Source: Candidatus Moanibacter sp.
GTDB lineage: Bacteria > Verrucomicrobiota > Verrucomicrobiia > Opitutales > UBA2987
Direction: 5' to 3'
Assembly: GCA_965215885.1 (NCBI GenBank)
Contig: CBDCEW010000006.1
Span: 1-20,490 of the forward strand
DNA length: 20,490 nucleotides
Shown: positions 16,565 to 20,490 of the stretch, in pieces
How the letters are laid out: each line of letters starts with the position of its first letter
How positions within the stretch are numbered: the first letter of the stretch is position 1
Program-made: the position numbers and the translations under genes
The notes under the pieces: model-generated
Databases searched by the model: none
Told to the model about the DNA's origin: nothing
The model's input: only the letters and a program-made list of their open reading frames with translations

Positions 16565-17947
16565 ATGAAAGACAAAAAATCTTACCAACTGAATCCTTCG
16601 ATAGATCGTTTAACTCTGCGTCTGGTCCTGCCCGAAGAGCAGGAGCGATTCAATGATCTATTGAAACAACATCATTATTTACACAGTGCGGGCAGCGCAG
16701 GAGAGACCCTGCGCTATGTGGCGCAGATCGACGGGCAATGGATGGGCCTGCTCTTGTGGGGGGCCGCATCCTACCGGCTGAAGGATCGAGACGAATGGAT
16801 CGGGTGGGACGGGGCGCAACGGCATGCACGATTGAAACTGGTAGTACAGAACCGGCGTTTTCTGATTTTGCCCGGGGTGGATCTTGCAAATTTGGCCTCC
16901 AAGACGTTGGGTATGTGCCTGAGAGTCTTAGCCGATCACTGGCAGGAGGCTTTTGGCTATCGTCCCTTAGTAGCGGAAACGTTCGTGGACCCACAGATTC
17001 ACCGGGGCACTTGCTACGAAGCGAGCGGGTGGACGCCCTTGGGCTTGAGCGCGGGATATGGCCGCCAACGCGAAGATTTCTATCAACGCCATGAGCGTCC
17101 CAAGCAGATCTGGGTCAAACCCCTCAAGGCTAATGCCCTTGAGCTTTTGCGCGCTTCAGGGCCATTGCCCGCGGCACAGAGCCAGGCGCTCAATGAAACC
17201 GATAACTCCCATGCGGTCTGCCTCAAAGTGGAACAGATGAGCAGCCTGTGGGAACGCTTCAATCAGATAGAAGACTTCCGTCGTAAAGCGGGCCTTAGAT
17301 ATCGGCTCGCCACGGTCCTGAGCATGATTGTGCTCGGCACGATGTGCGGCAAACAGACCCTCAAGGGCATCGTGCGCCTGGCCCATCATCTCAATCAAGC
17401 CCAATTGCGCGCCTTACGCTCCTGGAAAAACCCCAAAACAGGCCGCTATAAGGCCCCTTGCTATGATGTCTTCTATCGGGTCTTGCAAAACGTAAAGGCC
17501 GAGCTCTTCGATAAAACCCTCACCGAATTCATCTGCTTACAAGACGGCTGTTTGCCCCGCGATATTGCCGTCGACGGCAAGACCCTCAAAGGCACAAACA
17601 CCGAAGAATCAAAGGCTCTGCACCTGGTGGCCGCAGTCGATCACCAAAGCGCTCAAACCTTAGCCCAAGTCGCTACCGCCGATAAATCCAACGAGATCAC
17701 CGCCGCCCAGACTCTCTTGCGAAAGATGCCCATTTTGGACGGCTCCACCTTCACCTTCGACGCCATGCATAATCAAAAAGAAACTGCCCACATCGTCGTC
17801 GAAGAACTCAGTGCTGACTATGTTATTCAAATTAAAGACAATCAGCCCAACATGCATCAATACGCTCAGAATCTCTTCAGCTCCACCCCCTTTTTCTCCA
17901 CCAAACCGTGGACAATGACCATGGGCGACTCGAAATACGTCAAATAG
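16565..17947 (+). CDS. ISAs1-family transposase, N-terminal ORF: DUF4338 domain + DDE_Tnp_1-associated region + start of DDE
   Basis: HHYL, LRYVA, RDEWIGW, RFLILP..NLAS, ETFVD..GTCY; then D.R..G.RY.L, IAVDGKTLKG, KSNEI, TFDAMH.QK, ADYV..IKDNQP. Confidence 0.9.
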   Translation: MKDKKSYQLNPSIDRLTLRLVLPEEQERFNDLLKQHHYLHSAGSAGETLRYVAQIDGQWMGLLLWGAASYRLKDRDEWIGWDGAQRHARLKLVVQNRRFLILPGVDLANLASKTLGMCLRVLADHWQEAFGYRPLVAETFVDPQIHRGTCYEASGWTPLGLSAGYGRQREDFYQRHERPKQIWVKPLKANALELLRASGPLPAAQSQALNETDNSHAVCLKVEQMSSLWERFNQIEDFRRKAGLRYRLATVLSMIVLGTMCGKQTLKGIVRLAHHLNQAQLRALRSWKNPKTGRYKAPCYDVFYRVLQNVKAELFDKTLTEFICLQDGCLPRDIAVDGKTLKGTNTEESKALHLVAAVDHQSAQTLAQVATADKSNEITAAQTLLRKMPILDGSTFTFDAMHNQKETAHIVVEELSADYVIQIKDNQPNMHQYAQNLFSSTPFFSTKPWTMTMGDSKYVK

Positions 17948-18065
17948 CAACCCATTCTCTAAGCGCTCCCTCTGCCGGCCTGCCCCATGCCCGCCAGTTC
18001 GCCTGTGTGCAACGCACCTTCCATTATCCAAACAAAGCTGAACCTTCCTCTGAACGCTCTTACTA
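17896..18065 (+). pseudogene. ISAs1 transposase middle part (-1 frame), cut by the nested IS
   Basis: LHQTVDNDHGRLEIRQ...SSERSY; HGR.E.R motif; follows CCCCCTTTTT. Confidence 0.85.
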
Positions 18066-19982
18066 GACCTTATCCGAAAAGCTACTGATTGGCCGCAAAG
18101 AGGCGCAAAAGGCGCAAGAAAAACTTGAGAAAAATCATTTTTTGGCTTGATAAAAAGTGTCGCAACATGCTAGTGTTTAACAACCTAAGATTAAGAAAGG
18201 AGTTAAACATGCCAACATGTGCGACAGAGGAGAACAAAAGCGATAAGACGCCCCTTAGCAACCTCATTCTGCCGGTTCCAGACACGGATTTCCGTGATTT
18301 TCTGGATGAAGTTGAAGAATTGGCCGGGTTCGCGGCGCAAATCATCGAGGCGATCGAGAAGGATCTGGACGCCCATGCGCGTGAGAAGAAGAAACTTCGA
18401 TTGGAAGATCGAAGGTTCTTTGAAGGGCGCACAGCGGAGCTGCCGGAGCTGGACATCGAGGAGGAGAATATTCTGGCTGCTGAATTGAATCTTGGGGCAG
18501 GCCGGCCGCGGATGCCGGCTTATGCGGTATACGTGTTCGTGATGATTCGAGGGTTTCTGGGTTCGTTGACCACGAAACCGGCACGGCGGTTTGTGCGCGA
18601 GTCGATGAGCTTGTACGGATTTTTGCAGAGCGGGGGACTGAGAATGCCGGCGGTGACGACGATTCTGGAGAACGTGAACCTGGTCAGCCATACGACCCGC
18701 GAGTTGATCTTTGATAAACAGATTGGGTTTATCCTCCAGGAGCAATGGGACGATTTCGGGAAGCTGACGATCGACAGCACCTCGGTGAAAGCAAACAGCT
18801 GCTGGCCCACCGATGGGAAGATTCTGAGCGGTCTTTTGATGCGGGCCAATCGTTTGGGTCAGAAGTTGCATGTCTTCGGGCTGGAGGATTTTCGCAAGGG
18901 ATGGGTTGGGCGTTGGCTGGAGGAAATGGACAAGCTGGAGTTTCAGATTTGTCTGGCCGCGGGCAAACCGAAGTCGAAGGGCAAGCTGAAGAAACACTAC
19001 CGGCGGTTGCTCAAGCGGGGCCGCAAGGCGGCCGACTCACTAACGGGGGAACTGAGCCATCTTGAAGAGGGCCTGTCGATGGATTCACTGCCTCCCACTC
19101 GCCGGGAGCTTCTGGAGCGGGCATTGAGCCAGATCAGGGGCGATATTGCCGACGCCAAGCGGGTTGTTGAGTATGCTCATGATCGGGTGTTTCACGAAAA
19201 GAAGCTACCGTCCACACAGAAGGTCCTGAGCCTCTCGGACGGATCGGCGGCCTACATCAAGAAGGGCAGCCGCAATCCAGTGATCGGGTACAAGCCACAA
19301 CTGGTTCGCAGCGAAAACGGTTTTGTCACCAGCCTGATCGTACCGCAAGGCAACGCGGCAGACTCCATTGAGCTGGCGCCGGCCATCGGCGATTCGATCA
19401 AGCGCACCGGTGTCATTGCTGAACTGGTCAGCACCGATGACGGATATGCTTCGGCGAAGGGACGCAAGGAGGTGCTGAGCATGGGGGTAAAGCAGATCAG
19501 TATCAGTGGGGCGAAGGGCAAGAAGTTGACCACCCCCGAGGACTGGGAGAGCGAGGCGTATCGCGAGGCACGCCGCGATCGCTCCGCAGTGGAGTCGCTG
19601 ATGTTCACGATTAAAGATGGATTTGCCTTTGGCGAACTCGGCCGCCGCGGCATCGATGCGGTAGGCGATGAACTGCTCGAGAAGGTTCTGGCCTACAACT
19701 TCTGCCGCATCATACTGATGAAGAAACGCCGAGGGGAGGAACTGGAACAGGCAGCCTGAATCTGACCGCTTTGAAGCTCAGAGAAAAAAGCACCACGGGA
19801 TGAGTATGCCTCCAGACAGCGGCAAATATACGTATTGTGCAGCAAGCCACGCCGATGGCCGCTCAATACCTGCTCATCGGCAGCGCCGGCAGCCTAAAAC
19901 CCGAAACCTGCCAGCCATAGGCTGGTCCGCCCGTGGCGGAGAACCTTAAACCGCCCGCTCGAAAGGCTTTTCGAATGGGGTC
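18066..19982 (+). mobile_element. Nested IS (ISNCY/IS5-like DDE), 1917 bp
   Basis: IRs GACCTTATCCGAAAAGC / GCTTTTCGAATGGGGTC; direct repeat TTACTA at 18060-18065 and 19983-19988. Confidence 0.9.
18209..19759 (+). CDS. DDE transposase (ISNCY/IS5-like), 516 aa
   Basis: AAAGGAG RBS before ATG 18209; GRPRM, IDSTSVKANSCWPTD, KVLSLSD..AAYIKKG.R..IGYK, STDDGYAS, RSAVES.M..IK. Confidence 0.9.
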   Translation: MPTCATEENKSDKTPLSNLILPVPDTDFRDFLDEVEELAGFAAQIIEAIEKDLDAHAREKKKLRLEDRRFFEGRTAELPELDIEEENILAAELNLGAGRPRMPAYAVYVFVMIRGFLGSLTTKPARRFVRESMSLYGFLQSGGLRMPAVTTILENVNLVSHTTRELIFDKQIGFILQEQWDDFGKLTIDSTSVKANSCWPTDGKILSGLLMRANRLGQKLHVFGLEDFRKGWVGRWLEEMDKLEFQICLAAGKPKSKGKLKKHYRRLLKRGRKAADSLTGELSHLEEGLSMDSLPPTRRELLERALSQIRGDIADAKRVVEYAHDRVFHEKKLPSTQKVLSLSDGSAAYIKKGSRNPVIGYKPQLVRSENGFVTSLIVPQGNAADSIELAPAIGDSIKRTGVIAELVSTDDGYASAKGRKEVLSMGVKQISISGAKGKKLTTPEDWESEAYREARRDRSAVESLMFTIKDGFAFGELGRRGIDAVGDELLEKVLAYNFCRIILMKKRRGEELEQAA

Positions 19983-19988
19983 TTACTA

Positions 19989-20262
19989 CGTAAGCAGTCT
20001 CGATCCCGCCGATTTGAGCCCTCAACAGTTCCTCTCGAAAATTCGCAACCATTGCTCGATCGAAAATAAAAATCATTACCCCAGGGATCGCTTCTTCGAT
20101 GAAGATCGATGTATGATCCGTAGTCATAACGCAGCCAGAATTCTTGCTGCAGGCAGGCAACTGGTTCTCAGCCTCAAGTCTTCCATGGGCGCTGAATCCA
20201 CTCCCGCACTCTGTGATGATTTCGTCTTTAACTTACATAAGGCCATCAATATCATCACCTAA
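19989..20262 (+). pseudogene. ISAs1 transposase C-terminal part
   Basis: YYVSSL..IRNHCSIENKNHYPRDRFFDEDRC, matching the ISAs1 R.HW.IEN..H..RD..F.ED motif. Confidence 0.88.
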
Positions 20263-20286
20263 TGCTCCGAGAATCAAAATACCGTG

Positions 20287-20490
20287 CTACTCGATCGGGG
20301 TGCCGACGTAAACGCGCGCGCGAAAGACCTTGAGGACGGCTCGGGCGGGCATACCCCTCTGTTTCATGCTGCGGTGGCGAACACAACCAGCGCCGGCGGG
20401 AGCCGGGCGCGTGTCGAGTTTCTGCTTGAACGCGGCGCCGATCCGACCATTCGGGCCAATCCGCGCCATCGAAAAATGCACGGAATTGAC
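20287..20490 (+). pseudogene. Ankyrin repeat protein, 5'-truncated at the IS end, runs off the window
   Basis: LLDRGADVNARAKDLEDGSGGHTPLFHAAV...VEFLLERGADPTIRAN; not in the ORF track. Confidence 0.85.

Larger units (their letters stand above)
16470..20286 (+). mobile_element. ISAs1-family insertion sequence (DUF4338-fused transposase), interrupted by a nested IS
   Basis: Imperfect IRs CAGGGTAAAAGGATTC / GAATCAAAATACCGTG; transposase pieces lie on both sides of 18066-19982. Confidence 0.85.

Noticed and set aside
20287..20481. Minus-strand 64-aa ORF and other antisense ORFs within real genes
   Set aside because: Shadow frames; the + strand encodes clear ankyrin motifs.

Overview
Bacterial accessory region. 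Intact genes are an NfeD-like gene followed by two flotillin/SPFH genes, a rhomboid protease, a small ABM-like protein, an alpha/beta hydrolase, thuA and glgB. The left edge looks like an integron-type gene cassette (low-GC VOC-like gene plus attC-like hairpin), with no integrase in view. The right end holds a DUF4338-fused ISAs1-family element that interrupts a MITE, carries a second IS nested in its transposase, and abuts a 5'-truncated ankyrin gene. The most unusual part is the intergenic DNA, a nested mosaic of repeats whose filled and empty sites can be read inside the window. It includes 24-39 nt palindromic micro-modules, a CTAG-duplicating 173-bp MITE, a 216-bp element without terminal IRs, internally deleted four-helix-bundle gene relics, and a duplicated ~290-bp nested hairpin whose 36-nt centre is inverted between its two copies. 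All calls come from reading the sequence; no searches were run.
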